40,000 bases of DNA from Arsenophonus sp. aPb (lineage in GTDB: Bacteria > Pseudomonadota > Gammaproteobacteria > Enterobacterales > Enterobacteriaceae). Positions within the stretch are counted from its first letter, which is position 1; each line of letters starts with the position of its first letter. A model generated the notes under the pieces. It ran no database searches and was not told where the DNA came from. It saw only the letters and a program-made list of their open reading frames with translations. Positions 31,415-40,000 of the stretch are shown in pieces. Where the stretch lies: positions 999,616 to 1,039,615 of the forward strand of contig NZ_CP123499.1 in the NCBI RefSeq assembly GCF_029873475.1. The letters run 5' to 3'. The translations under genes and the position numbers were made by a program.

Positions 31415-32899
31415 ATGAAGCCACAACATTTAGCGTTATTACGCGATAAGCTTTGGCGACTAAATCATCTCTATTGGATAACGGATAAAACCGGAAAACC
31501 CATTCGTTTTGACATGACGCCTGAGCAGTTATTCTATTTTGAAGGCATGCATACCAGAAACATTATTCTTAAAGCGCGTCAGCTCGGTTTCACGACTGAG
31601 GTGTGTATTATTCAGCTTGATGCGGCATTATTTGAGTCAGCTAAATGCGCTTTAATTGCTCACACACTAACTGATGCAAAGCGTTTATTTAGAGAAAAAG
31701 TAAAGTACGCTTACGACAAATTGCCTGCCGAAATAAAGGCAGCCAATCCTGCTAGTAATGATTCTGCTGGAGAACTGGTTTTCAAAAAGGGTGGGTCAAT
31801 TTACATTAGTACATCATTTCGTGGTGGCACATTGCGTTATTTACATATCTCTGAATTTGGGAAAATATGTGCAAAATATCCCGATAAGGCACGTGAAATT
31901 GTAACAGGTGCCTTTGAAGCAGTATCCAGTGAGTGTTTTACGACAATAGAAAGCACGGCAGAGGGGAGAGCAGGCTACTTCTATGATTATTGTCAGTCTG
32001 CTGAAAAAGCACAACTCCAGGCAAAAAAACTTTCATCATTAGACTGGAAATTCTTTTTCTTTCCATGGTGGAAAAATAATAATTATGCAATTGATCCGGT
32101 GGAGTCCATTCCACAGCGGCTAATTGATTATTTTACTGAGCTATCCGGTGAACATGGCATTCGGTTAACTGACAAACAGAAAGCGTGGTATTACGCCAAA
32201 GAGAAAACCCTCGGTGATGATATGAAGCGGGAATATCCCTCACTTCCCGCTGAAGCTTTCCAGCAGTCAGTAGAAGGCGCTTACTATGCCAGGCAGTTTC
32301 GTTATCTTTATCAAAATAAACGCATTGGCACATTGCCTGATAATTCACATTTGCCAGTACATACATATTGGGATATTGGGGTTGGTGACTCAACGTCAAT
32401 CTGGTTTGTGCGTGAAGTAGGAAGTGAATTTCATGTCATAGATCACTACTCAAATAGTGGTGAAGGGTTGCGTTATTACATGAAGGTACTAAAAGATAAA
32501 GGCTATACCTATGCTAGTCACAACGCCCCTCATGATATCGATAATCGTGAGTTTGGATCTGACGCAAAATCCAGGCGTGAAATTGCCAGAGAAGGCTATG
32601 AAATTGATGGACAGAAATACGCAATACGATTTGATGTAGTGCCAAAACTTTCCATTGATGAAGGGATTGAGGCGGTGCGTGAAATATTGCCACATTGCGT
32701 ATTTGATGAATGTCGATGTGCCGATGGAATTACTAATTTAGAAGCGTATCGCAAGGAGTGGGATGACAAACGGGGTTGCTGGAAAGATAAACCGCTACAT
32801 GATTTTACGTCACATGATGCCGATGCATTTCGGTATTTTGCTATAAGCAAAGTCAATCGTAAGAAATTCATCAAGAAACTTAATTTTAACTGGAACTAA
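31415..32899 (+). CDS. terL: terminase large subunit
   Basis: 494 aa. ILKARQLGFTTE is a Walker-A-like segment. Nuclease-region acidic motifs (..WDIGVGDSTSIWF.., ..HDFTSHDADAFRY..). Confidence 0.9.
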   Translation: MKPQHLALLRDKLWRLNHLYWITDKTGKPIRFDMTPEQLFYFEGMHTRNIILKARQLGFTTEVCIIQLDAALFESAKCALIAHTLTDAKRLFREKVKYAYDKLPAEIKAANPASNDSAGELVFKKGGSIYISTSFRGGTLRYLHISEFGKICAKYPDKAREIVTGAFEAVSSECFTTIESTAEGRAGYFYDYCQSAEKAQLQAKKLSSLDWKFFFFPWWKNNNYAIDPVESIPQRLIDYFTELSGEHGIRLTDKQKAWYYAKEKTLGDDMKREYPSLPAEAFQQSVEGAYYARQFRYLYQNKRIGTLPDNSHLPVHTYWDIGVGDSTSIWFVREVGSEFHVIDHYSNSGEGLRYYMKVLKDKGYTYASHNAPHDIDNREFGSDAKSRREIAREGYEIDGQKYAIRFDVVPKLSIDEGIEAVREILPHCVFDECRCADGITNLEAYRKEWDDKRGCWKDKPLHDFTSHDADAFRYFAISKVNRKKFIKKLNFNWN

Positions 32900-32900
32900 T

Positions 32901-34280
32901 ATGGATAACAATGTTGATTACCGCCATCCTGCTTATACTGAGTTTCTACGGGAATGGGACATGATCGGCGATTGTGTTGAAGGTGAGCGGGTTATTAAAA
33001 GTCAGCGTGAACGATATCTACCCCATCCGGCTGATAACAGGGAAAAAGAAGATAAAAAAGGTGAGCGCTATAAAAAATACTTAATGCGTGCCCCTTTTAT
33101 TAATGCGACCGGTAGAACACTCAGCGGATTGATAGGCATTGCCTTTAGTAAACCGGTATCGGTTGATATCTCTTCGGAGATTGCGTATCTGGAAGATGAT
33201 ATTGATGGCGAAGGTCAGCCGCTGTCACAAATGATAAGGGATGCCTTATCGCAAAACCTGCAAAGAGGACGGGCGGGGTTGCTGACGGATTTTACCGGCT
33301 CAGGGATTCAGTCTGAGGCGAATAAAGGCCGTCCCTTTGTCAGATTATTTACTGCCAAACAGATTATCAACTGGCGGGTTACTCACGGTAAAACCTCACT
33401 GGTCGTTTTAAAATATCAGGAGCCCGTTGATTCAGATGACTTTGAATTCCAGCTACAGGATAACTGGATTGAGTTGAGACTACGCGAGGGGAAAGCGTAT
33501 TCACGTCACTGGCGTCAGGATAGTAATTTGATTGTCAGTGACTGGGTAGCGTTAACGGATGCAAAAGGTGCTCCGCTCACAGAATTACCCTGGTCATGGA
33601 TTGGTGCGGTTAATAACGACCACACGCCTGATGCGCCGCCATTGGCAGATATCGCCTATATCAACATCAAGCATTATCAAACCGAAGCAGATATTGCCGA
33701 AACTTCCCATACGGTTGGACAACCGATGGTGGCAATAACCGGCCTGACGGATGACTGGGCTAAAGAATATTTCCCCGATGGATTTACAGTCGGTTCACGC
33801 AGAGGGATTGCACTCCCTGTTGGCGGCGATATGAAGTTTGCCCAACCCGAGGAGCGTAATTTTCAGTTAACTGTTGCCGAGCGACGTGAAAAACAGATGG
33901 CCATGTTAGGCGCCAAGCTGATAGAAAGGGGCACATCGTCAAGAACCGCAACACAGGCGCAGGATGAAGCCCAGACAGATCATTCAGTCTTGTCCCTTTG
34001 TTCCGGCAATGTTGAACAGGCGATTAATCGGGCATTACAGTTCTGCATTCTGTTTGCAGGGAGCGGTAAGGCGGTTGTGACGTTAAACAAACAGTATGAA
34101 GTGGCTAAACTGGATTCATCATCCATTACGGCATTGTTAGCGGCTGTCCAGTCAAATAATCTGCGCAAAATCGACTTTATTCGCTATTTACAGCGCATTA
34201 ATATTGCCCCGCCGGATGAAAAGCCTATGGATATTATTACCGAACTGGAAACCTCAGCCAATAATCTGTTAGGGATGTGA
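32901..34280 (+). CDS. portal protein
   Basis: 459 aa immediately after terL. The N-terminal ..Y..F...W....D...G...VK.....YLP.. pattern fits DUF4055-type portals. Confidence 0.8.
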   Translation: MDNNVDYRHPAYTEFLREWDMIGDCVEGERVIKSQRERYLPHPADNREKEDKKGERYKKYLMRAPFINATGRTLSGLIGIAFSKPVSVDISSEIAYLEDDIDGEGQPLSQMIRDALSQNLQRGRAGLLTDFTGSGIQSEANKGRPFVRLFTAKQIINWRVTHGKTSLVVLKYQEPVDSDDFEFQLQDNWIELRLREGKAYSRHWRQDSNLIVSDWVALTDAKGAPLTELPWSWIGAVNNDHTPDAPPLADIAYINIKHYQTEADIAETSHTVGQPMVAITGLTDDWAKEYFPDGFTVGSRRGIALPVGGDMKFAQPEERNFQLTVAERREKQMAMLGAKLIERGTSSRTATQAQDEAQTDHSVLSLCSGNVEQAINRALQFCILFAGSGKAVVTLNKQYEVAKLDSSSITALLAAVQSNNLRKIDFIRYLQRINIAPPDEKPMDIITELETSANNLLGM

Positions 34281-35335
34281 GCATGCAGTCAGATCCCATT
34301 ATCGATAATGCGCTAATGATTCAGATTATGCTTGAGCGGGTTAAATCGGAGGTGATTAATAACAGAAATCTGGCTTCTGATTTAAGAAAAACGGTTGCAA
34401 AAGCCTTAGCGGAATTTTCAGGGCACATCTCATCACGAAATAAACTGAGACTGATTGTCAATTCACTGAAAAAAGAATTAAAGCCATTATTACAGAATTA
34501 TTCTGATGTTCTCTTGAATTTTGTTATTCAAACAGCTATTGAAATGGCGCATCTGGAATATCTTGGACTTTCTCAATGGTTTGATGATGTTAATGCGGTT
34601 GATGATAAAAAAGTAGAATCATCAATGAATAACACACCAATTTCATTAACGCAATGGAACGGATCGCTCTTTCTCGACAGGTTTATCGCTACCTGGATTG
34701 ATAATTCGCTGCAACAGATTGAAAACCAGGCTGTATTGACGATGGCATCAAGTGAAGATGTCAATTATCTAAAAGATAGTATTAACGGCACGTCAGTTGA
34801 GCCGATGATAATTGCTGCCGCTGTTATTGGTCGCATTATTCGCAATTATCAGACAATAGCAAGCACAGCATTACAGCATGCCCATAGTGTCGCGGCGGTC
34901 GATTTCTATAAAGAAAATCCTGATATGATTGAAGAGGAAGAATTTAGCGCAATTCTGGATTTAAAGACATCGACGGTGTGTCGTTCGCTATCCGGCAATC
35001 GTTATCCTCTTGGTACTGGGCCAATGCCGCCGCTTCATCCCCGCTGCCGTAGTCGTCTGTTACCAGTATTAAAACCTGAATTGATGAAAAAACTGGTAAC
35101 AAAGCCAGCAAGAAAATCGGAATGGGGAGAGGAAACGTATTACGAGTGGTTAACTAGACAATCAGCAACACGACAGGACATTGTATTAGGATCAACAAGG
35201 GGTAAGCTGTTTCGTGACGGCGGTTTGTCTCCCGCACAGTTTGCTAAATTGCAATTACACAAAAATTTCAAACCGATGACGCTTGAAGAGATGCGACGAG
35301 TAGCTCCCGATGCATTTAAGCGAGCCGGAATTTAA
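34277..35335 (+). CDS. head morphogenesis protein (Mu F / SPP1 gp7 family)
   Basis: ..TSTVCRSLSGNRYPLGTGPMPPLHPRCRSRLLPV.. is characteristic of Mu F-like minor head proteins. Confidence 0.8.
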   Translation: MSMQSDPIIDNALMIQIMLERVKSEVINNRNLASDLRKTVAKALAEFSGHISSRNKLRLIVNSLKKELKPLLQNYSDVLLNFVIQTAIEMAHLEYLGLSQWFDDVNAVDDKKVESSMNNTPISLTQWNGSLFLDRFIATWIDNSLQQIENQAVLTMASSEDVNYLKDSINGTSVEPMIIAAAVIGRIIRNYQTIASTALQHAHSVAAVDFYKENPDMIEEEEFSAILDLKTSTVCRSLSGNRYPLGTGPMPPLHPRCRSRLLPVLKPELMKKLVTKPARKSEWGEETYYEWLTRQSATRQDIVLGSTRGKLFRDGGLSPAQFAKLQLHKNFKPMTLEEMRRVAPDAFKRAGI

Positions 35336-35345
35336 TTAACTCAAG

Positions 35346-35370
35346 CCCGTCACCAGACGGGTTTTTTATT
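35346..35370 (+). terminator. intrinsic terminator inside the late operon
   Basis: CCCGTC-acca-GACGGG followed by TTTTTTATT. Confidence 0.6.
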
Positions 35371-35408
35371 ATCTGTAGTTGGCGACTACACCATCAAACC
35401 CGAGGTTA

Positions 35409-36119
35409 ATGATGACATTAAGGTATCAGTTAAGCAAAGAAGAATTTGATTCATTAAGTGATGAGCAAAAAGTGTTATATAAAGTATCTGGCGATAATTA
35501 CCAGATGCACATTGAAGGTCTACCTGAATTTCCTGACGTTTCAGGACTGCAAAAGAAAGTAAATGAGCTGCTTTCCGAGAAAAAAGCAGAGCAGGAGAAG
35601 CGACGTCAGGCCGAAGAGGCGGCAAAAAAAGCCGCAGAAGAGCAGGCAAGAAAAAACGGGGATATTGCCGCACTGGAAAAAAGCTGGTCAGAAAAGCTTG
35701 TCTCCCGTGAAAATGAATTACTGAAGCAGATTGAAGAAAAAGATACAAATTTAAGAACGTTACTGGTTGATAATGTTGCTCAATCTTTAGCGGCCAAACT
35801 GGCCGGTGACAGTGCTGAATTACTTTTACCCCATATTAAATCCAGGCTGACAGTAGAAGAAGGTAAAACCCGTATTATTGATGCAGAAGGAAAACCCTCT
35901 GCGGCAACCCTTGATGATTTAGAAAAAGAAATGCGTAGCAACAGGTTATTTGCACCTGTTGTTATTGGAAGTAAGGCGACTGGAACAACCCGAGGTGAAC
36001 CGCGCCATACCACTACTGGGGGTGGTGGTAAAATCTGGAAGGATTATACGGAAGCTGAACGCATTCGTATTTTCGAAGAAAATCCGGCGGAATTTAAACG
36101 CCTGGCCGAAACACAATAG
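35409..36119 (+). CDS. scaffolding protein (start moved to the ATG at 35409)
   Basis: A charged helical protein located between the MuF and capsid genes. The ORF-track TTG at 35379 is only 12 nt past the terminator stem (it sits in the trailing T-rich tract), and a GAGG RBS precedes 35409. Confidence 0.65.
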   Translation: MMTLRYQLSKEEFDSLSDEQKVLYKVSGDNYQMHIEGLPEFPDVSGLQKKVNELLSEKKAEQEKRRQAEEAAKKAAEEQARKNGDIAALEKSWSEKLVSRENELLKQIEEKDTNLRTLLVDNVAQSLAAKLAGDSAELLLPHIKSRLTVEEGKTRIIDAEGKPSAATLDDLEKEMRSNRLFAPVVIGSKATGTTRGEPRHTTTGGGGKIWKDYTEAERIRIFEENPAEFKRLAETQ

Positions 36120-36128
36120 GAATGAATT

Positions 36129-37115
36129 ATGCCAACAGTCGCAACACGATTATCTGATATTTTTATCGGTGACTATTATCAGACCATTCAACCCCAAAAC
36201 AGTCCTGAAAAAACGGCAGTCTTTGAATCGGGAATTATCAGCAAATTACCGCAGCTTGATGCCATTGCATCAGAGGGGCAAGGTACAGCAACCATTAGCT
36301 ACTGGAATGACCTTGACGCAGATGAAGCGCCAAATCAAACAACTGATGACCCCGATCAAATTGGTACAGTTGGTAAAGCTGACCAGTCAAAATTAAAAGC
36401 CCGCGTATTATATCTCAATAAAGGTTATGGTGTGGCGGATTTAGCCGCCGAGCTTGCCAACAGTGAGCCGATGACACATATACGAAACCGCTTCGGTGTC
36501 TATTGGACACGACAATGGCAGCGCTATTTAATCGGTTCTGCGAGAGGCATTATCGGCAGTAATATCGCCAATGATAAGAGTGACATGATCATTGAAGGTG
36601 GGGATAAAATTTCGGCAGATAATTTAATTGATGCTGCCTTTACTGCGGGTGATGCTGCAAGTGCTTTCAGCGCACTCGGTGTTCATTCTGTTGTCATGAA
36701 ACAAATGGCAAAACAGGATTTGATTGAGACACTTAAAGACTCAACCGGCCGCATTATTCTGCAAACCTATCTGGGTAAACCCATCTTTATGGATGATAGT
36801 TTAAAATATACCGATGGTCGTTATTTGACGGTTTTCTTCGGTAGTGGGGCTTTTGGTTATGGTAATGGGAATCCGCATACGCCGGTTGAACTGGAGCGGA
36901 AAGCGTCTGGTGGTAACGGGGGTGGTGCAGAGGTTCTGTGGGAGAGGAAAACATTTATTCTTCAGCCAGCAGGGTTTAGCTGGAAAGGAGAAGATGATCC
37001 GAATAAAACCCCATCTATTGATGATATTGCCAAACCTGACAACTGGGAACGTAAGTTTGAGCGTAAAAATGTTCCTTTTGCAGCAGTATTGAGTGGTAAT
37101 GAATCAGGTAGTTGA
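36129..37115 (+). CDS. major capsid protein
   Basis: 328 aa, positioned after the scaffold gene. Followed by a terminator. Confidence 0.8.
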   Translation: MPTVATRLSDIFIGDYYQTIQPQNSPEKTAVFESGIISKLPQLDAIASEGQGTATISYWNDLDADEAPNQTTDDPDQIGTVGKADQSKLKARVLYLNKGYGVADLAAELANSEPMTHIRNRFGVYWTRQWQRYLIGSARGIIGSNIANDKSDMIIEGGDKISADNLIDAAFTAGDAASAFSALGVHSVVMKQMAKQDLIETLKDSTGRIILQTYLGKPIFMDDSLKYTDGRYLTVFFGSGAFGYGNGNPHTPVELERKASGGNGGGAEVLWERKTFILQPAGFSWKGEDDPNKTPSIDDIAKPDNWERKFERKNVPFAAVLSGNESGS

Positions 37116-37120
37116 TAACA

Positions 37121-37141
37121 GGGGCATCAAGCCCCTTTTTA
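37121..37141 (+). terminator. intrinsic terminator after the capsid gene
   Basis: GGGGC-atcaa-GCCCC followed by TTTTT. Confidence 0.6.
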
Positions 37142-37149
37142 GGTGACCT

Positions 37150-37527
37150 ATGTCGGTAAAAATCACATTAGAACAAGTGAAATCTCAATTATCAACGATG
37201 GGGTTCACTACACCTGACTTTATTATTGAAGCCATGTTATCTATTGTTGATGAGATAGATGATTGTCTCGATGAGGCTAACTATTCAGACTCAGTGAAAA
37301 CGCTGATAAAGATTTATGCTGTTGTCATTATGTTGTCAGCCACTGATGTACGAAAAGTTTCGTCTGAATCATCACCTTCAGGCGCATCCAGATCTTACAA
37401 CTATTTTGATGATGGTAGAAAATCATTATTAAAATTGCTTTCTGTATTAGATACGGCTGGCTGCACTAACTCACTGCCTATCAATCAATCATCGGTAATT
37501 ATTCAGTTTAATGTTGTGCGAGGTTGA
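37150..37527 (+). CDS. head-tail connector / head completion protein (by position)
   Basis: 125 codons in the structural operon. Confidence 0.55.
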   Translation: MSVKITLEQVKSQLSTMGFTTPDFIIEAMLSIVDEIDDCLDEANYSDSVKTLIKIYAVVIMLSATDVRKVSSESSPSGASRSYNYFDDGRKSLLKLLSVLDTAGCTNSLPINQSSVIIQFNVVRG

Positions 37528-37528
37528 T

Positions 37529-37897
37529 ATGGGCGCAAAAGTAAAGGGAATAAACCAGGCAAGAGATAATCTGGCAAAACTGGTTGACCATGAGATATCT
37601 AATAAAGTGATGAGAGCACTTCATCGAGCAATGGATATCGGCGGGACACAATCAGCTATTTATACACCAATCGACACCAAGAAACTGATCAACTCTCAAT
37701 TTCGTGAAATTACTGATAATGGCACATTGATTACTGGCAGAGTGGGCTATTCAACTAATTATGCTGCGTATGTTCATGATCCGGCTGTTAAACAAAAATT
37801 CAAACGTCCTACGGCGAAAAAAGAATTTTTACGGCTTGGGTTTGATGAAAATAAGCCATTAATAGATAAAGTTGTAATGGAAGAGTTGAAACTATGA
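37529..37897 (+). CDS. HK97 gp10-family head-tail joining protein
   Basis: ..TQSAIYTPIDTKKLINS...GRVGYSTNYAAYVHD.. fits the gp10-family pattern. A GAGGT RBS precedes the ATG at 37529. Confidence 0.6.
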   Translation: MGAKVKGINQARDNLAKLVDHEISNKVMRALHRAMDIGGTQSAIYTPIDTKKLINSQFREITDNGTLITGRVGYSTNYAAYVHDPAVKQKFKRPTAKKEFLRLGFDENKPLIDKVVMEELKL

Positions 37898-38241
37898 GTT
37901 CACTGGCAAACTGGAGTTATACCGCAATCTGTACTCTATGGCGTAATTTGGGCATTGATGAAAATGGCGATCATATTGGCTGGTCAGAACCTATTTCAAT
38001 TTTATGTGACTATCAAGGTAATTCAACAGCAAAAATAGGCAACATTGGTATTGAAATAAATATCAAAAATACGTTTTGGACAGAATATGCAGAGGCAAAG
38101 CGTGGCGATTATATTGCTATTGGCCAGTCAGCTTACTGTGATCCAGTTTTGGCCGGTGCGGATGAAATCATGCAGGTTATTCGTTATGCGGACACTTTTG
38201 AGAGAGCAAAAGATGATTTTGCCATTATTACTGGGGCTTGA
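37894..38241 (+). CDS. head-tail/tail completion protein (by position)
   Basis: 115 codons; ATGA overlap with the upstream gene. Confidence 0.55.
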   Translation: MSSLANWSYTAICTLWRNLGIDENGDHIGWSEPISILCDYQGNSTAKIGNIGIEINIKNTFWTEYAEAKRGDYIAIGQSAYCDPVLAGADEIMQVIRYADTFERAKDDFAIITGA

Positions 38242-38642
38242 TAATGACGCCACCTATGTATAAACGAGTGAGCAATCTGTTCATTGATGCAGGATTAACT
38301 GAGGGATTTATTGTTCAGTATCTTCTATGGACAGATGATCCTAATGATAGAGGTAAAGCAAAAAGTTATCTGGTTTTTCGTCCTGGTGGCGGTACAAACA
38401 TCGATAAAGATATTGGCAGTGACTATTTCGTTATGGTCGATGTGATTTCGGCTAAAGGACAGCACGCCTATAAAAATGCCGATGAAGCCGTTAATCGCAT
38501 GATTGACTATATCAAAGACCATCCGCTTGATGATAAATGTGTGGGACAAATAACCAATTTCGGCGGTATTCCATCACCAATTTTAACGGAAGAAGGGCGT
38601 CTGGTTTTTCGCTTAATGTTCAGTTGTCTATACGGTGAATAA
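38238..38642 (+). CDS. tail terminator/completion protein (by position)
   Basis: 134 codons; 4-nt overlap with the upstream gene. Confidence 0.55.
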   Translation: MIMTPPMYKRVSNLFIDAGLTEGFIVQYLLWTDDPNDRGKAKSYLVFRPGGGTNIDKDIGSDYFVMVDVISAKGQHAYKNADEAVNRMIDYIKDHPLDDKCVGQITNFGGIPSPILTEEGRLVFRLMFSCLYGE

Positions 38643-38671
38643 TTTACAAAATTCAAGTTAATTAAAAACAG

Positions 38672-38696
38672 GGTCGGCTAATGCCGGCCTTTTTTA
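38672..38696 (+). terminator. intrinsic terminator before the tail-tube gene
   Basis: GGTCGGC-taat-GCCGGCC (one G-U pair) followed by TTTTTTATTT. Confidence 0.55.
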
Positions 38697-38712
38697 TTTA
38701 AAGAGGTCACAA

Positions 38713-39204
38713 ATGGCAATTTGTAAAAGTAATAATACCAAAATGTTTGGCAGGGCGGTCATTGTTGAAGTGGCTGATGGATGTCCTGATGAAGTTCCTT
38801 CAGAAAATGATTTTATGTTACTGGCGGCTGGAACCAGTAAAACATTTGATATGTCACCGAATACTGTGACATCTTCAGCTGATGATACCAAAGGCTGGGT
38901 TGAAAATATCGTAACTTCAAATGATTTAACCATTTCGTTTGAAGGTGAGGTCAGGGTTAATGACAGATCAGATCAATACGGCGTTTATAAATTTATTAAA
39001 TATTATGTCAACGAGGCGACTAATGCACGGCAACCTACGATTTGGGTAAGAATGTATTTTGGTCAGATTATGATACAAGCTTACATGGTCATAACGGCAC
39101 TCAGTAATGACGGTGGCACAGATGATATAGTGACATTTTCGACAGAATTTAAAGTCGCTGATGGTTCAACTGTCAAAGTTGATGATATTGAATCTGGTAG
39201 TTAA
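38713..39204 (+). CDS. major tail (tube) protein
   Basis: 163 aa with a beta-rich composition; position and size fit siphophage tail tube proteins. Confidence 0.7.
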   Translation: MAICKSNNTKMFGRAVIVEVADGCPDEVPSENDFMLLAAGTSKTFDMSPNTVTSSADDTKGWVENIVTSNDLTISFEGEVRVNDRSDQYGVYKFIKYYVNEATNARQPTIWVRMYFGQIMIQAYMVITALSNDGGTDDIVTFSTEFKVADGSTVKVDDIESGS

Positions 39205-39217
39205 TAAATATAGTTAT

Positions 39218-39235
39218 CCTCGTCAATTGACGAGG
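39218..39235. repeat. perfect 18-bp palindrome CCTCGTCAATTGACGAGG
   Basis: Read directly from the sequence. No U-tract follows, so it is not a canonical terminator. Confidence 0.6.
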
Positions 39236-39262
39236 TAAATAACAGATAAATCAGGGTATAAA

Positions 39263-40000
39263 ATGGACGTGACGATTAATGGAGTCAGTTACTCACCGAA
39301 TACTTATAAGATCGGCATCGCTATCACAACATATAATCGAACTGATGTGTTAATTGATACTATCAGGCAGCATAAAAAATATCTTCCAGCAGGTGCAACA
39401 TTAGTTGTTATTGATGATGGCTCTAAGGATGAAATCGTATTGAGTGAAGACATAAAAGTTATTCGTCATCAAAAATCAAAAGGGATTGTTGCCGCTAAAA
39501 ATACAAGTCTGGAAGTTTTAATGGATGCAGGATGTGATCACCTTTTCTTATGGGATGATGATGCTTATCCAATCGCTGAAAACTGGCATATTCCATATAT
39601 AAACTCACCTGAGCTACATTTGTCATATCAATTTCTTGATTTGGCTGGCGAAAATAAACTTAATGATATTGCTATCCTGTATAAAGATAATAGACACATT
39701 GCATATACAGGACAACGCGGCGTAATGCTCTACTATCATCGCTCAGTTATCGAGAAAGTCGGTGGCTTTGACCCTGTTTATGGACGAGGTATGTATGAGC
39801 ATGCTGACCTGGCCATGCGTATTTATCATGCAGGGTTAACAACTTGGGCTTATGCAGACATAGCAGGTTCAGACAAACTCATTTATTCACTTGATGAGCA
39901 TGAAAAAGTGATGCGTTCAGTTCCCAGGGTAGAAAGAGAGCTACTGGTTCATAGTAATATCGGTACGTATAACCTAAGAAGGGAGGAGGGTTACACAGCT
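39263..40000 (+). CDS. family-2 (GT-A) glycosyltransferase, 3' end outside the window (absent from the ORF track)
   Basis: Hand translation of 246 stop-free codons gives MDVTINGVSYSPNTYKIGIAITTYNRTDVL...ATLVVIDDGSKDE...GIVAAKNTSL...HLFLWDDDAYP...GVMLYYHRSVIEKVGGFDP. The layout is typical GT2, with a DxD motif. Confidence 0.8.
   Translation, partial: MDVTINGVSYSPNTYKIGIAITTYNRTDVLIDTIRQHKKYLPAGATLVVIDDGSKDEIVLSEDIKVIRHQKSKGIVAAKNTSLEVLMDAGCDHLFLWDDDAYPIAENWHIPYINSPELHLSYQFLDLAGENKLNDIAILYKDNRHIAYTGQRGVMLYYHRSVIEKVGGFDPVYGRGMYEHADLAMRIYHAGLTTWAYADIAGSDKLIYSLDEHEKVMRSVPRVERELLVHSNIGTYNLRREEGYTA

Larger units (their letters stand above)
5717..40000. mobile_element. lambdoid prophage (left end at attL next to int; right end beyond the window)
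   Basis: Contiguous int/xis, immunity, replication, nin, Q, lysis and morphogenesis modules in lambda order. Confidence 0.92.

Noticed and set aside
35386-36396. Nested or antisense ORFs in the scaffold and capsid genes (35386..35748 -, 35780..36013 -, 35950..36396 +; also 36844..37092 +).
   Set aside because: They have no RBS or coupling, and their basic or low-complexity products are typical of off-frame reading of G+C-richer structural genes. The well-supported genes explain the region.
1-40000. CRISPR arrays, rRNA and tRNA genes, IS elements.
   Set aside because: I saw no regularly spaced direct repeats of 25-40 bp, no rRNA-like or cloverleaf-compatible segments, and no transposase ORFs or terminal inverted repeats.

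Overview
AT-rich gammaproteobacterial chromosome segment. The fur-fldA-ybfE order matches Enterobacterales. The composition hints at a Morganellaceae-like host, but I cannot prove that here.

Bases 1-5716 are host DNA. They hold the 3' part of a lipase-like gene, a small Arc-like regulator missed by the ORF track, fur, fldA, ybfE and an orphan HlyB-type T1SS ABC transporter.

From about 5.72 kb to the window end (more than 34 kb, right end not reached) lies a lambdoid prophage in lambda-like order:
- attL arm sites, int, xis
- early-left accessory genes: N6A and C5 orphan methyltransferases, an HNH-containing protein, an ATPase and many small ORFs
- sieB-like gene and an N-like antiterminator
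- an ORF-poor, G+C-elevated insert, then pL/oL
- a three-gene cassette, then cI, oR, cro, cII
- O-like initiator, DnaB, ninB, ninG, Q, pR'/tR'
- holin, endolysin, Rz/Rz1, then Bro and Rha regulators
- terS, terL, portal, MuF, scaffold, capsid, connectors, tail tube
- a GT2 glycosyltransferase that runs off the window

I saw no rRNA, tRNA or CRISPR array.

Best hunting leads:
1. A toxin/antitoxin/SecB-like-chaperone style cassette sits in the rexAB slot. Its first gene carries diphtheria-toxin/ExoA-like ADP-ribosyltransferase motifs.
2. A 264-codon +1-frame ORF is fully embedded in the C5-methyltransferase gene, and both frames spell methyltransferase-like motifs.
3. The capsid and tail-tube proteins share an identical C-terminal ESGS tag, next to a glycosyltransferase.
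4. About 1.3 kb of G+C-elevated, largely ORF-free sequence separates pL from the N-like gene.

All family assignments rest on motifs read by eye and recalled reference sequences. No BLAST, HMM or folding was run.
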